DNA of 64,000 bases from Squalus acanthias (lineage: Eukaryota): contig CM059431.1 of NCBI GenBank assembly GCA_030390025.1, positions 102,240,001-102,304,000 of the forward strand, in the 5' to 3' direction. Below are positions 1 through 12,164 of the stretch, piece by piece. The notes under the pieces are model-generated. The model was not told where the DNA came from. It made no database searches and was given only the letters and a program-made list of their open reading frames with translations. The position numbers and the translations under genes were made by a program. Position 1 is the stretch's first letter. Every line of letters starts with the position of its first letter.

Positions 1-295
1 AGGTAGGTTTTAAGGAGGATCTTAAAGGAGGAGAGGTAGAGAGGCGGAGAGGTTTAGGCAGGGAATTCCAGAGCTTGGGGCCTAAGCAGCTGAAGGCACG
101 GCCGCCAATGGTGGGGAGAAAGGAATTCAAGGATATGCAAGTGGCCAGAATTGGAGGAGCGCAGATATCTCGGAAGGTTGTAGGACCGGAGGAGGTTACA
201 GAGATAGGGAGGAGGCGAGGCCATGGAGGGATTTGAAAACAAGGATGAGAACTTTAAAATCGAGGCATTGCCGGACCGGGAACCAGTGTAGGTCA
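1..295 (-). mobile_element. L2-type LINE 3' fragment
   Basis: Minus-strand peptide PPYLCNLL..PRYLRSSNSG resembles the L2 ORF2 C-terminus; same family as 7207, 9012, 37810, 46255 and 60217. Confidence 0.8.
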
Positions 296-770
296 GAAAA
301 AATTTACCTTTTTGATTCCAGAAGCCAGTTAAAAGATTGCCGAGTGGCTACCTAACTGTACTGCCCCGAAATGTAACCGTTCTTTCTGAAGCTCGCGTTT
401 AGCTTTAAGTTCCAGACCAGATCTTCGGTTTTACACTTCAAATCAGATTTTAAATATAATTACCTGGACTTCACAGATCTATCATGTAGATTCATCAATG
501 CTACTCTCAATTACAAGGTGAATTATTGTAGAGGGCAAGTGTTCTGTGCTGCCGTTGCATAAAACCAATTTAAATACTTATCTGGTCTCTGCAGGCCATG
601 CCTGCTATTTGAGGCTGTTCATCACCTATTTAGATAACTGGCATATTTCAAGAAAGGAAAACGAACAGATTTGCATTTATATAGCGCCTTTCACGACCTC
701 AGGACGTCCCAAAGTGCTTAACAGCCAATGAAGCACTTTTTGCAGTGCAGTCACTGTTGTAATGTAGGAA

Positions 771-1321
771 GTTGCACAACACCAGGTTATAGTCCAACAG
801 TTTTATTTGAAATCACAAGCTTTCGGAGCTGCTGCCCCTTCGTCAGGTGAAGTAAAGGAATACGAATCGACAAAGCATATATAGACAGAGATCAATGCAT
901 GTGTAGCATACAATGTCAGACGACTACATTTAATCCTCCTGACTGTTTCTCTGCTGAGGTGTGACGAAAGGCAATCAGGTCAGCCAGGAAGGCACCACAT
1001 CAAAGACATAGCAAGATACAACTGAGACAATGAGGTCACAGGGGGTCTAATGTGTCAAATGCTGCAGTCTGTATGGAAAACCATAAACTTTAAAATTTTT
1101 ACTTTTTTTTTACTGGAAATCATATCTGTGAACAAGCCAACGACGACTTGAGTCTGGATGATTCTACGTCATGTAGCGTGACATTAACCCTAGATGCCGG
1201 TTGAGGCCGTCCTCATGAGTGCGGAGCTTGGCTATCAGTTTCTGCTCGATGATTTTGCGTTGTCGTGTTGGACTATAACCTGGTGTTGTGCGACTTCTCA
1301 CTTTTGTCCACCCCAGTCCGC
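771..1321 (-). mobile_element. Penelope-like element 3' end (family A) with an inverted terminal piece
   Basis: Peptide QRKIIEQKLIAKLRTHEDGLNR resembles the GIY-YIG C-terminus; 1267-1295 is inverted relative to 771-799; TSD gtaatgtaggaa at 759-770 and 1322-1333. Confidence 0.8.
813..850 (-). ncRNA. Minimal type-I hammerhead ribozyme motif (family A)
   Basis: Reverse complement reads ucac-CUGACGA-a-ggggc-agca-gcucc-GAAA-gc-UU-guga. Confidence 0.8.
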
Positions 1322-1904
1322 GTAATGTAGGAAACGCGGCAGCCAATTTGCGCACAGCAAGCTCCCACTAACAGCAATGCGATAAATGACCGGGTAATCT
1401 GTTTTTAACGATGCTGGTTAAGGGATCAATCTTGGCCCCAGGACACCGGGGAGAACTCCCCTGGCTCTTCTTCGAAATAGCGGCCGTGGGATCTTTTACG
1501 TCCACCTGAGAGGGCAGACGGGGGCCTCGGTTTAACGTCTCATCCGAAAGATGAAAAAGAGAATGTAATACTTCACTGCAATTCTGCTGAGGAGATCGTT
1601 TTGTGTTTTAAGAAGCAGGACTGAGCTCCCGAGTGGACAGCACTTGGTGTTACTGTACCAGGATAATCAAGGTGAATCCCAGCTGGACTGCCAACAATGG
1701 AAATCTGTTATACTCCAATTAATAATGATTAATAACTATTTCACAGGATATGATTGGCATATCTTGATCCAGAAATAATCCTACAGACCTAAAATTAGAA
1801 ACTTAGTAAACTAATTTTTTTTTAAAGCAGGCAGAGTTGCTCTCAAGTGATCCCAGGTTATAGAGGGTGGGAGAAACAGGTAGAGTTTTGGGTCTTTGTC
1901 GCTA

Positions 1905-2850
1905 AAGAAAAAAAAAGACTTGCATTTCTATCGCGCCTTTCATGACCACCGGACGTCTCAAAGCGCTTTACAGCCAATGAAGTACTTTTTGAAGTGTAGT
2001 CACTGTTGTAATGCGGGAAATGCGGCAGCCAATTTGCGCACAGCAAGCTCCCACAAACAGCAATGTCATAATGACCAGATGATGTTTGTTGAGGGATAAA
2101 TATTGGACCAGGACACTGGGGAAAATAGTGGCTATGGGATCTTTTATGCCCACCCGAGAGAGCAGACAGAACCTTGGTTTAACGTCTCATCCGAAAGACG
2201 GCACCTCTGACAGTGCAGCACTCCCTCAGTACTGCCCCTCTGACAGTGCAGCACTCCCTCAGTACTGCCCCTCTGACAGTGCATCACTCCCTCAGTACTG
2301 CCCCTCTGACAGTGCGGCAACTCCCTCAGTACTGCCCCTCCGACAGTGCGGCGCTCCCTCAGTACTGCCCCTCCGACTGTGCGGCACTCCCTCAGTACTG
2401 CCCCTCCGACAGTGCGGCGCTCCCTCAGTACTGCCCCTCCGACAGTGCGGCGCTCCCTCAGTATTGCCCCTCCGACAGTGCGGCACTCCCTCAGTACTGC
2501 CCCTCCGACAGTGCGGCGCTCCCTCAGTACTGCCCCTCTGACAGTGCGGCGCTCCCTCAGTACTGCCCCTCCGACAGTGCGGCGCTCCCTCAGTGCGGCG
2601 CTCCCTCAGTACTGCCCCTCTGACAGTGCGCGCTCCCTCAGTACTGCCCCTCCGACAGTGCGGCGCTCCCTCAGTACTGCCCCTCTGACAGTGCGGCGCG
2701 CCCTCAGTACTGCCCCTCCGACAGTGCGGCGCTCCCTCAGTACTGCCCCTCCGACAGTGCAGCGCTCCCTCAGTACTGCCCCTCCGAACTGCACTGGAGT
2801 GTCAGCCTAGATTTTTGTGCTCAAGTCTCTGGAGTGGGACTTGAACTCAC

Positions 2851-2890
<40 letters not shown>

Positions 2891-2900
2891 GCAGTGGACA
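1905..2900 (-). mobile_element. DeuSINE with an internal 33-bp tandem array (about 2203-2790)
   Basis: tRNA-like head with A/B boxes at 2830-2895, Deu-like core and L2-like tail; array unit cgacagtgcggcgctccctcagtactgcccctc. Confidence 0.85.
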
Positions 2901-3204
2901 CCTATCTGGTAACATCAGTACAAAAAGGTGTGTGCAAATACCAGCTGACGACATGATCGTGCTTAGTTACAATGGCGGCATAGTCAAAGGGGCAGGTGTC
3001 CTCTTATCACCTCGGGTGTTGGGGATCGCCTGGATTCAGCAGAGAGAGTGAAATCAGGTAGTGCCATGCCTGTAATGGAACCCATCCAATTTCCTATCCA
3101 TACAGACAGGTTCTGTAAGGTGTGTGTGATCCTCCCCACACCAAATTTTATGCCCAAGTGCTACTAAGAGGGCAATTAGCCCAATATACTGTACGAGCCA
3201 CTCA

Positions 3205-3484
3205 TTTACATTATTCATTCTTGGGTTGTGGGCTTCGTTGGCAAGGTCAGCATTTATTGCCCATCCCTAGTTGCCCTTGAGAAGGTGGTGGTGAACCGCC
3301 TTCTTAAACCGCTGCAGTCCATGTGGTGAAGGTGCTCCCACAGTGCTGTTAGGGAGGGAGTTCCAGGATTTTGACCCAGCGACGATGAAGGATCGGCCGA
3401 TATATTTCTAAGTCAGGATGGTGTGTGACTGGGAGGGAAACTTGGGAGGTGGTGGTGTTCCCATGCGCCTGCTGCCCTTGTCCC
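3205..3484 (-). mobile_element. 3' end of a CR1/L2-supergroup LINE
   Basis: Reverse complement of the 3' part of the 10515-11300 element. Confidence 0.75.
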
Positions 3485-3844
3485 AAGGATTATACGGTAA
3501 CAAGTCTGAATTAAATTCTTTGGCATTTGACACGATTATACCTGCCAATAGTGAGACAATTCTTGTGCTGCAGAACATCATTGGTTTTTGTTGATACCAT
3601 AAGTGCTTTACATAGAATTACCTAAACGTACAGCACAGAAACAGGCCATTCGGCCCAACTGATTCATGCTCCCGTGGAACCTTATCCCAACACCAGTCAC
3701 CGCCGCCAATTTAGGTGTTTTAGAAGAACACTACTAAATGCCTATTCTGGTTATCGCAGTTAATGCAAATAGGTTTGAATAGCACAAGATCTTTTGAAAG
3801 CAAAATTGCATTTGTTTTTCCACAAGGGCAATTAATACTAACCA

Positions 3845-4850
3845 GCCCTGAGCTTGCTGGAGTGGGGCGTCTTGTGGCGTGCTTGTTCCCGTACCCTTCA
3901 GTTGGGGAAAACTTTGCACAGTATCTTGCTGGGAGTGCAAGGGCAATGGGGCATCTGGGACGATAGCAAAATACTGCGGATGCTGGAAATCCGAAATAAC
4001 AACAGAAAACGCTGGAAAAACTTAGCAGCATCCGTGGAGAGAGAAACAGAGTTAACGTTTCAGGTCGAAGACCCTTCGTCAGAACTGGAAAAAAGCAGGA
4101 AATGGAATAGATTTAAAGCAAGGATAAAGCTGGGAAAAGGGGGAGGGGATGAAAGAACAAAAGGAGAGATTAAGAGACATTGAGAGACATTAAGAGATGA
4201 TCAAGGCAAGAGGAGGTGTTAATGTGACAGGTTGAGGCTAAATGAAGTGTGAAATGCACTGGCAGAATGACATCTGGGACCTCGGTGAACGACGGGACCA
4301 ACAGTCTATCTCCTTAACCCATGAGATTTAAGGATTGAGAAAGAAACAGAGGAACGACGGAGAAGGAAATCGGGTGAATTAGAGTCAAATCAGGTACAGA
4401 AAGAGAATTAAAGAGAGGGAAAGAAAGGTTGGATGAAGAGAGAGAGAATAAATATTAAAATATTTTTAAAAGAACAATCTACCACCTGTAGGAATGAGAC
4501 TGCACAATTTAAATTGTTCCCTTTCTGGGCCGGAGAGGTTGAGTGGCATCGCAGGAACATAAATCTCACTTTTAAAAAAAGTTGTTAAGTACCAGCCCTA
4601 ACTTCCTGCGGCGAGTTTAACGGGTAATTAATGCACAAACGCAGCAATCTCCTGAAACTCGCGGGGAGGTCGAGGGCGAGCTGCCGTTTTCGCGAGGCTA
4701 ACGGGCGGAGCGGCGCAAATCGTCCGGCAACTCGTGGCGATTCGCAACTCACGGGGGAATCTCTCCCTCGCCACAAGTTGCCGGACAATTCTCACATCAA
4801 TAACAGCGAGCGCCATTAAACCCAGCGGTATTCTGGCAGCAAAATCTGGC
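3845..4850. mobile_element. Non-autonomous DNA transposon (Harbinger-like MITE) interrupted by a Penelope piece
   Basis: Body matches 61930-62200; left end resembles 61200-61230; right end aaaatctggcc. Confidence 0.55.
3962..4270 (-). mobile_element. Penelope family-B terminal fragment with hammerhead motif (4050-4086)
   Basis: TSD catctgggac at 3952-3961 and 4271-4280; reverse complement aguu-CUGACGA-a-ggguc-uuc-gaccu-GAAA-cg-UU-aacu. Confidence 0.8.
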
Positions 4851-5209
4851 CGGATATTTGTGAAAAGAACAAAATATAGGCCTGAGGGGCTGACAGATTC
4901 TTGTTCACGAAGGTGGTCCTGACTGGAATGCAGAGTTTTATCATGTTAATAAATATACACGGGATTATAGTGTAACTAGTCTGAATTAAATGAATTGGCA
5001 TTTGACACTTTTATACCTGCCAACAGTGCTGCAGTATCATTGGATTCTGTTCATAACGTAAGTGCTTAAAAAGAATTACATCGAATTTACAGCACAGAAA
5101 CAGGCCATTCGGCCCAACTGGTCCGTGCCGGTGTTTATGCTCCACACCAGCCTCCTCCCACCCCTCTTCATCTCACCCCATCAACATATCCTTTAAGGCA
5201 TTGCTATAA

Positions 5210-5655
5210 AGAAGAAAGACTTGCATTTCTACAGCGCCTTTCACGACCACCAGACGTCCCAAAGCGATCTGCAGCCAATGAAGTACTTTTTGGAGTGTAG
5301 TCACTGTTGTAATGTAGGAAACGCAGCAAGCTCCCACAAACAGTGATGTGATAATCTGTTTTTGTTATGTTGGTTGAGGGATAAATATTGGCCAGGACAC
5401 CAGGGATAACTCCCCTGCTCTTCTTCGAAGTAGTGCCATGGGACCTTTTACATGCACGTGAGAGGGCAGACGGGACCTCGGTTTTAACGTCTCATCCGAA
5501 AGACGGCACCTCCGACAGTGCAGCGCTCCCTCAACACTGGCACTGGGAGTGTCAGCCTAGATTTTTTGTGCTCAAGTCTCTGGAGTGGGACTTGAACCCA
5601 CAACCTTCTGACTCAAGAGGCGAGAGTGCTACCCACTGAGCTACGGCTGACACTG
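5210..5655 (-). mobile_element. DeuSINE (SacSINE1-like), near full length
   Basis: Head with A box (tggctcagtgg-like) and B box (ggttcaagtcc), Deu-like core, tail ending tgcaagtctttcttc. Confidence 0.85.
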
Positions 5656-6451
5656 ACAGTCCAGGTACTGATTTGAAAGAGGTACCTATATTAAGCAATG
5701 TAGTGCCGGAAGACCCAAGTTATACTGCCGACCGTGCCACTCTCTATCCAGGAAAGTTGGATGCATGCTCTTCACTGACATCCAAAAGCGCGCTAATTTT
5801 TAAATGGTAGCAGTGAGCTAGCTGTCTCATAGACCTAAATCATTTATGAATTCACTTATCATTAGTTAACATACATGACAGTTTGGTAGCCTGAATTAAA
5901 TAGGTTTCTCGACTTGCATTCTCTGCATATCTGTAAATCCTATTCCGCTGTACAAAGACAGAGGGCCTGATTCATGGTCTGGTTAGGATTCATAATGACT
6001 AGACGCAAGTTGGAATTCTAAAAAAAAATAATTAATCGTCTCCTGGCATCTTGCCACATTCTCTCCGCAGTCAGCGTCTGCCTGTTCATGTCAAGTTTTG
6101 ATTCTTTTGCCCATTAAATCATTCCAAGTCACCCCTCCAATTATTTCCATGGAGTCTCCACCTTTTCGAGCAACCTCTTATCATTCAGTGGCAAAGCAAC
6201 TGTATAGTCTACTGTTAGCAATCAAAGGTTGCTGGTCCACCACATGCACGCAAAGAAGTCCATCAACATCACAATCTCTTAGAGGAAACCAAACTATTAA
6301 ATGGAAGGAAAAAATAATAAATGTACTGTACTCGGGTCTCTATTACATGTATTACACACATAACTGTGTGTAGAATTGTCTTTGTACAGCTGTAAAGGTG
6401 ATTTTTTTTTAATGGGGGAGCTACTCTGGTTGAATGTGTTCCTCACGGTTT

Positions 6452-7040
6452 CATAAGAAATAGAAGCAAGAGTCGGCCAGACAGCCCCTCGAGCTTGCTC
6501 CGCCATTCAATCAGATCACGGCTGATCATCGACTTCAACTCCACTTTCCCGCCCGATCTCCATATCCCTTGATTCCCCTAGAGTCCAAAAATCCATCTAT
6601 CTCAGCCTTGAATATACTCAAAGACTCAGCATTCACAGCCCTCTGGGGCGGAGAATTCCAAAGATTCACAACCCTCTGAGTGAAGAAATTCCTCCTCATC
6701 TCGGTCTTAAATGGCCGACCCCTTATCCTGAGACCGTGACCCCTAGTTCTAGACACTCCAGTCAGGGAAAACAACCTCTCAGCATCTATCCTATCAATCC
6801 CCTTCAGAATCTTGTATGTTTCAATGAGATCACCTCTCATTCTTCTAAACTCCAGAGAGTATAGGCCCATTCTACACAATCTCTCATCATAGGACAACCC
6901 TCTCATCCCAGGAATCAATCTAGTGAACCTTCGTTGCACCGCCTCCAAGGCAAGTATATCCTTCCTTAGATAAGGAGACCACAACTGTGCACAGTACTCC
7001 AGGTGTGATCTCACCAAGGCCCTGTACAATTGTAGCAAGT
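6452..7040 (-). mobile_element. CR1 LINE, 5'-truncated
   Basis: ORF 6535-7038 LYRALVRSHLEYCAQLWSPYLRKD...GIKGYG matches the CR1 ORF2 C-terminus. Confidence 0.9.
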
Positions 7041-7206
7041 TTCATCACATGACCCGCCCCCACACTCCCGCCATTGGTCTCCCAACACTCCGCCTTCCCA
7101 CGGCCAATTGGTAAGCGTAAAGACTCTTCGTTACTTAATTCGATGATCAGTCAAACAACCTTTTTCACCATCGCCAATATTTTTACAACTAATAAACAGA
7201 AGTGTT

Positions 7207-7575
7207 CAACAACAACAACTTGTATTTATATAGCGCCTTTAACGTAGTAAAACGTCCCAAGGTGCTGCACAGGAGTATTTTAAGACAAAAAAGTTGACAG
7301 CGATCCACATAAGGATAAATTAGGGCAGATTCTAAGGAGCGTCTTAAAGGAGGAAAGAGAGGTAGAGAGGTGGAGAGGTTTAGGCAGAGAATTCCAGAGC
7401 TTAGGGTCCAGGCAACAGAAGGCACGGCCACCAAAGGTTGAGCGATTATAATCAGGGATGCTCAAGAGGGCAGAATTAGAGGAGCGCAGATATCTCGGGG
7501 GGTTGTGGGGCTGAAGGAGATTACAGAGATAGGGAGGGACGAGGCCACAGAGGGATTTGAAAACAAGGATGAGCA
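7207..7575 (-). mobile_element. L2 LINE 3' end
   Basis: (caa)n tail, ggcgctatataaat motif, peptide [17 protein letters not shown]. Confidence 0.8.
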
Positions 7576-7896
7576 AATGAAAAAAAAACACACAATATTT
7601 TTAATGCCCCGATGATTTTCCCCCGGGTTTCTCGCAGCAGTGTGTCCAGGAGATTAATCTTCAATTCCGGGAGACTCCAGGGAAACCCTGGAGCCTTGGC
7701 GACCCCATACTAACTGCGGTTTTCGAGAAAAGTTTACGTTGTTTACACTTTAAGGCGGCTCTCACACCCCCGCCTGGTCATTCTAATCGAGAACTCAGAA
7801 GAATTCTTGCCCTATTTTTTAAAAATGTTCTTACTGCAGAATATATGTGGTTAGCAATACTGCAAAGCGGACTGCAATTAACAAAAGAACTGGCCT

Positions 7897-8458
7897 AAAA
7901 TCAGAAAATGCTGGAAATACTCAGCAGGTCAGGCAGCATCTGTGGAGAGAGAAACAGAGCTAACGTTTCAGGTCGATGACCCTTCGTCAGAACTGGAAAA
8001 AGTTGGAGATGTAACAGGTTTTTAAGCAAGTGTGGGGGCAGGGAGAGGGGGGAGGGGAGGAAAGAACAAAAGGGAAGGTCTGTGATAGGATGGAAGGCAG
8101 GAGAGATTAAGAGACAAAAGGGATGATGGTGCAAGGCAAAAGGAGATGGTAATGGGGCAAGTACTATTACCATCTCCTTTTGCCTCGCACCATCTCTTAA
8201 TGTCTCTTAATCTCTCCTGCCTTCCATCCTATCACAGACCTTCCCTTTTGTTCTTTCCTCCCCTCCCCCCTTTCCTGGCCCCTGCACTTGCTTAAAAACC
8301 TGTTCCATCTCCAGCTTTTTCCAGTTCTGACGAAGGGTCATCGACCTGAAACGTTAACTCTGTTTCTCTCTCCACAGATGCTGCCTGACCTGCTGAGTGT
8401 TTCCAGCATTTTCTGTTTTTATTTCAGATTTCCAGCATCCGCAGTATTTTGCTTTTGT
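7897..8458. mobile_element. Penelope family-B inverted terminal dimer with two hammerhead motifs (7958-7994 minus, 8323-8359 plus)
   Basis: Two inverted arms of about 260 bp; TSD aaaagaactggcct at 7883-7896 and 8459-8472. Confidence 0.8.
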
Positions 8459-8524
8459 AAAAGAACTGGCCTGTCGCGGCTAATTTCCTCAGCACTCACT
8501 CCGCACACATTAGTCCCCCCGAGC

Positions 8525-8779
8525 TCGGGTCGCCAACTCTGGTTGGACATAATCCTGGAGGCTTCATCGCAAGACCTCCTGCCTCCAACTTCCCCGCCCA
8601 GTCAAACTGCCCTTTCCCCAATATCCAATATTTTTATCACTAATAAATGATACAAAAAATTTTTTTTTTTTAATACCCCTATGATTTTTCTCCTGGGGAT
8701 TTTGCTGGCAGTTGTGTCCAGGAGATGAATCTTCAATTCCTGGAGGCTCCAGGGCAATCCTGGAGGGTTGGCAACCTTG
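8525..8779. mobile_element. hAT-like MITE (gggttgccaac termini)
   Basis: Inverted ends gggtcgccaac...gttggcaacc; related to about 7040-7708 (split by L2), 21077-21530 and 52366-52767. Confidence 0.6.
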
Positions 8780-9011
8780 GGGAGGGGGCTCAGCTGCACA
8801 GAGCTTGTTGTAGGCACTGGAATTCCCTCCCTAACCCTCTCCGCCTCTCTGTCCTGCTTTTTTAAAGACGTTCCTTAAAACCTACCTCTTTGACCAAGCT
8901 TTTGGTCTCCTTGTCCCAATATCTCCTTATGTGGCTCGGTGTCAAACTGCCTTTTCCCCAATATCCAAATAAATTGAACAGCTGACACGCACTCAATCCT
9001 ACATCTCTACT

Positions 9012-9368
9012 ACAACAACAACAACTTGTATTTATATAGCGCCTTTAATGTAGTAAAACGTCCCAAGGTGCTGTACAGGAGTATTTTAAGACAAAAAATT
9101 TGACACCGATCCACATAAGGATAAATTAGGGCAGGTGACCAAAAGCTTGGTCAAAGAGGTAGGTTTTAAGGAGCGTCTTAAAGGAGGAACGAGAGGTAGA
9201 GAGGCGGAGAGATTTAGGGAGGGAATTCCAGAGCTTAGGGCCTAGGCAACAGAAGGCACGGCCACCAAAGGTTGAGCAATTATAATCAGGGATCCTCAAG
9301 GGGCAGAATTAGAGGAGCGCAGATATCTCGGCGGGGGGGGGCGGTTGTGGGGCTGAAACAAAGATTAC
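9012..9368 (-). mobile_element. L2 LINE 3' end
   Basis: Nearly the same sequence as 7207-7525, with a (caa)n tail. Confidence 0.8.
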
Positions 9369-9383
9369 ATTTTTATGCTCGCA

Positions 9384-9440
9384 TGATGTCATACACTTCC
9401 TGATTGGTGAACTGACTTGGCTGGTCAAGGGCTATTGGCC
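9384..9440. promoter_or_regulatory. Candidate promoter/enhancer motif cluster
   Basis: TGATGTCA (CRE-like), ACTTCCTG (ETS) and two ATTGG boxes 31 bp apart, in unique DNA. Confidence 0.3.
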
Positions 9441-10514
9441 AAGACCAGTAAGGAGCAGCCAAGCAACAGAAGCCGTGACTGGTGCTAACTATGCACGCAC
9501 TTCACAAGTGTTACTTTCAGAGTTTATCGGATCACAGAATTAACAGCTAGGAACAACGAGAGCCAGCAGAATGTTCCCGACAGTTCAGTTGGTACATGAA
9601 CTGCCTCGGGGGTGTGTGTGTGAGGGGGGTTTAACCTTTGAGTCTTGCAGATCATAAAGTTTCAACTCCACCCAGCTAAGTTAGCTGATCTTCGTCCCGG
9701 GGCGCAATTAGATCCCGTAAAGAACAGTTACCACCAGTAATGGCTCTTGTTGCTGATGCTTCCTCCTTAGGGTCATCAGCAATGGTCCACGAGTCTCGAG
9801 CGGTCAGACCCGCCAGATAAGGGAAAAAGCTTAATGCATCATGTGGGCAATGCCATAAATGGAATAGAAGGATACTAGAAAGGATATGTCGATAGGGTGA
9901 GATGAGGAGGGGCGGGAGGAGGCTTGTGTGGAGCAATAAACACCGGCACCGACCAGTTGGGCCGAATGGCCGGTTTCTGTGCTGGAAAACTCTACGGAAT
10001 TCTATGTAAAATTTCAGTCTGTTTGTTTAAACATGTGGGATTGGGTGTGTGATCGGCTGATTAAAGACAGCCATCAGCACTGTGCGCAATCCCAACCCAT
10101 TATAAAAAACAATCACCTATTACAGCAGTTAAAAAAAGACCATTTTCACTCCTCTTACTATTGTGGTCACATCTGTCAATGTTTCCATGACCTTCTCCCA
10201 GTTCTGTCCTTTGCTCAGGAATTAGTACACAGCTTGACCGCTGTTTAATCTGTGCTGCTCCATTCTTCCCAGACGTAGCACCTGTCACTCAATGTCAGTG
10301 AATGCCACTCAAAAAACTGGGCCTAAAAATGTAACCTATTTCGATGCATGTCCCTCTGGAAGATCTTTAATTCCTCGAGACTCCAGGGCAATCCAGGAGG
10401 GTTGGCAACCCTTGCTGAGGTGTAGGTCCACAAGGAGTTCAGTCAAGACACCATTCTTTCTTGATCAGTTTAAACAGCGAGGAATTGCAGCCTGATTTGA
10501 CTATAAAGGACATT

Positions 10515-11300
10515 ACAACTGTTCCCCCACAAATGCCAAGCAATGACCATCTCCAACAAGAGAGAGACTAACCACCTCCCCATGACATTCAATGGCATTA
10601 CCATCATTGAATCCCCCACCATCAACATCCTAGGTGGTCACCATTGGCCAGAAACTTAACTGGAACATCCATATAAATAAAGTGGCTGCACGAACAGGTG
10701 AGAAGCTGGGTATTCTGCGGCGAGTGACTCACCTCCTGACTCCACAAAGCCTTTCCACCATCTGCAAGGCACAAGTCAGGAGTGTATTGGAATACTCTCC
10801 ACTTGCCCAGATGAGTGCAGCTCCAACAACACTCAAGAAGCTCGACACCATCCAGGACCAAGCAGCCCGCTTGATTGGCACCCCATCCACCACCTTAAAC
10901 ATTCACACCCTCCACCACCGGCGTACCGTGGCTGCAGTGTGTACCATCTACAAGATGCACTGCAGCAACTCGCCAAGGCTTCTTCGGCAGCACCTCCCAA
11001 ACCCGCGACCTCTTGCACCTAGAAGGACAAGGGCAACAGGCGCATGGGAACGCCACCACCTCCAAGTTCCCCTCCAAGTCACACACCATCCTGACTTGGA
11101 AATATATCGGCCGATCCTTCATCGTCGCCGGGTCAAAATCCTGGAACTCCCTCCCTAACAGCACTGTGGGAGCACCTTCACCACACGGACTGCAGCGGTT
11201 CAAGAAGGCAGCTCACCACCACCTTCTCAAGGGCAATTAGGGATGGGCAATAAATGCTGGCCTTGCCAGCGACGCCCAATCCCAGGAACGAATACATTTT
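10515..11300 (+). mobile_element. CR1/L2-supergroup LINE (clade uncertain), 5'-truncated
   Basis: ORF 10634-11158 KAQVRSVLEYSPL..KKLDTIQDQAARLIG resembles an RT C-terminal region; other copies at about 27570, 28485, 31068, 39097, 40968 and 45403. Confidence 0.8.
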
Positions 11301-11477
11301 AAAAATTGAAAATTTAAAAAATCTTTTTGTTCTCGGACATCCAACATTTTCCAGCCAGGGTTAATGATCAAGGGAGTAACTCCCAGCTGATTGCTCCACC
11401 TCTTTAATCCAGGCCCACTAAGGCCAACTTCTGCCAAAACAAAGACCAGCTAACTCAGCACAGACCTGGAATTGAAA

Positions 11478-11810
11478 GAAAGACTTGCATTGATATAGAG
11501 CCTTTCACGACCACCGGACGTCTCAAAGCGCTTAGCAGCTAATGAAGTATTTTTGAAGTGTAGTCACTGTTGTAACGTAGGAAACGTGGCAGCCAATTTG
11601 CGCACAGCAAGCTCCCACAAACAGCAATGTGACAATGACCAGATCATCTGTTTTTCTTGTTATGTTGATTGAGGGATAAATATTGGCCAGGACACCGGGG
11701 AGAACTCCCCTGCTCCTCTTCAAAATAGTGGCCATGGGATCTTTTACATCCACCTGAGAGAGCAGATGGGGCCTCGGTTTAACATCTCATCTGAAAGACG
11801 GCACCTCCGA
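11478..11810 (-). mobile_element. DeuSINE, head missing
   Basis: Tail and Deu-like core match the other copies. Confidence 0.8.
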
Positions 11811-12164
11811 ACACCTGCAAACGCTATTTGGCAACAAAATAGCATCAATCTTCGGCATGTGCCATTAGTACGAGACCTGGCCATCTGGTCATGTGCATCC
11901 CTTCCAATTCTGATGATTGAACCAGGTGCCTCTTGGCTGGAGTGGGTTAGGACGGCCCCAGGCAGCGCCTTGATTCACTCGGCCTTCAGAGGAGCTTCAG
12001 GAAAGTTGTGGAGATTCAATCTGGCAGTGAAAGCAGTGTGTTACTGGGGCGAGAGAGGCAGGGCTTGGAATAGCAGATCTGTTATTCGGTAAGGCTGGCA
12101 ACCCCGAGCCAGAGCATATATCTCATTACCAAATCATAATGTGCACAGGCAACGATGGGTTTGC

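Larger units (their letters stand above)
662..1553 (-). mobile_element. DeuSINE (SacSINE1-like), partial, split by a Penelope insertion
   Basis: SINE tail at 662-770 resumes at 1322 and runs into the Deu-like core (ggtttaacgtctcatccgaaag). Confidence 0.8.

Noticed and set aside
5210..5655. Calling the abundant SINE an HE1/V-SINE
   Set aside because: From memory the core resembles the Deu domain and the tail is L2-like; the family name needs Dfam confirmation.
6030..6300. Minus-strand coding exon
   Set aside because: All frames after the candidate acceptor stop within about 40 codons; no recognisable protein.
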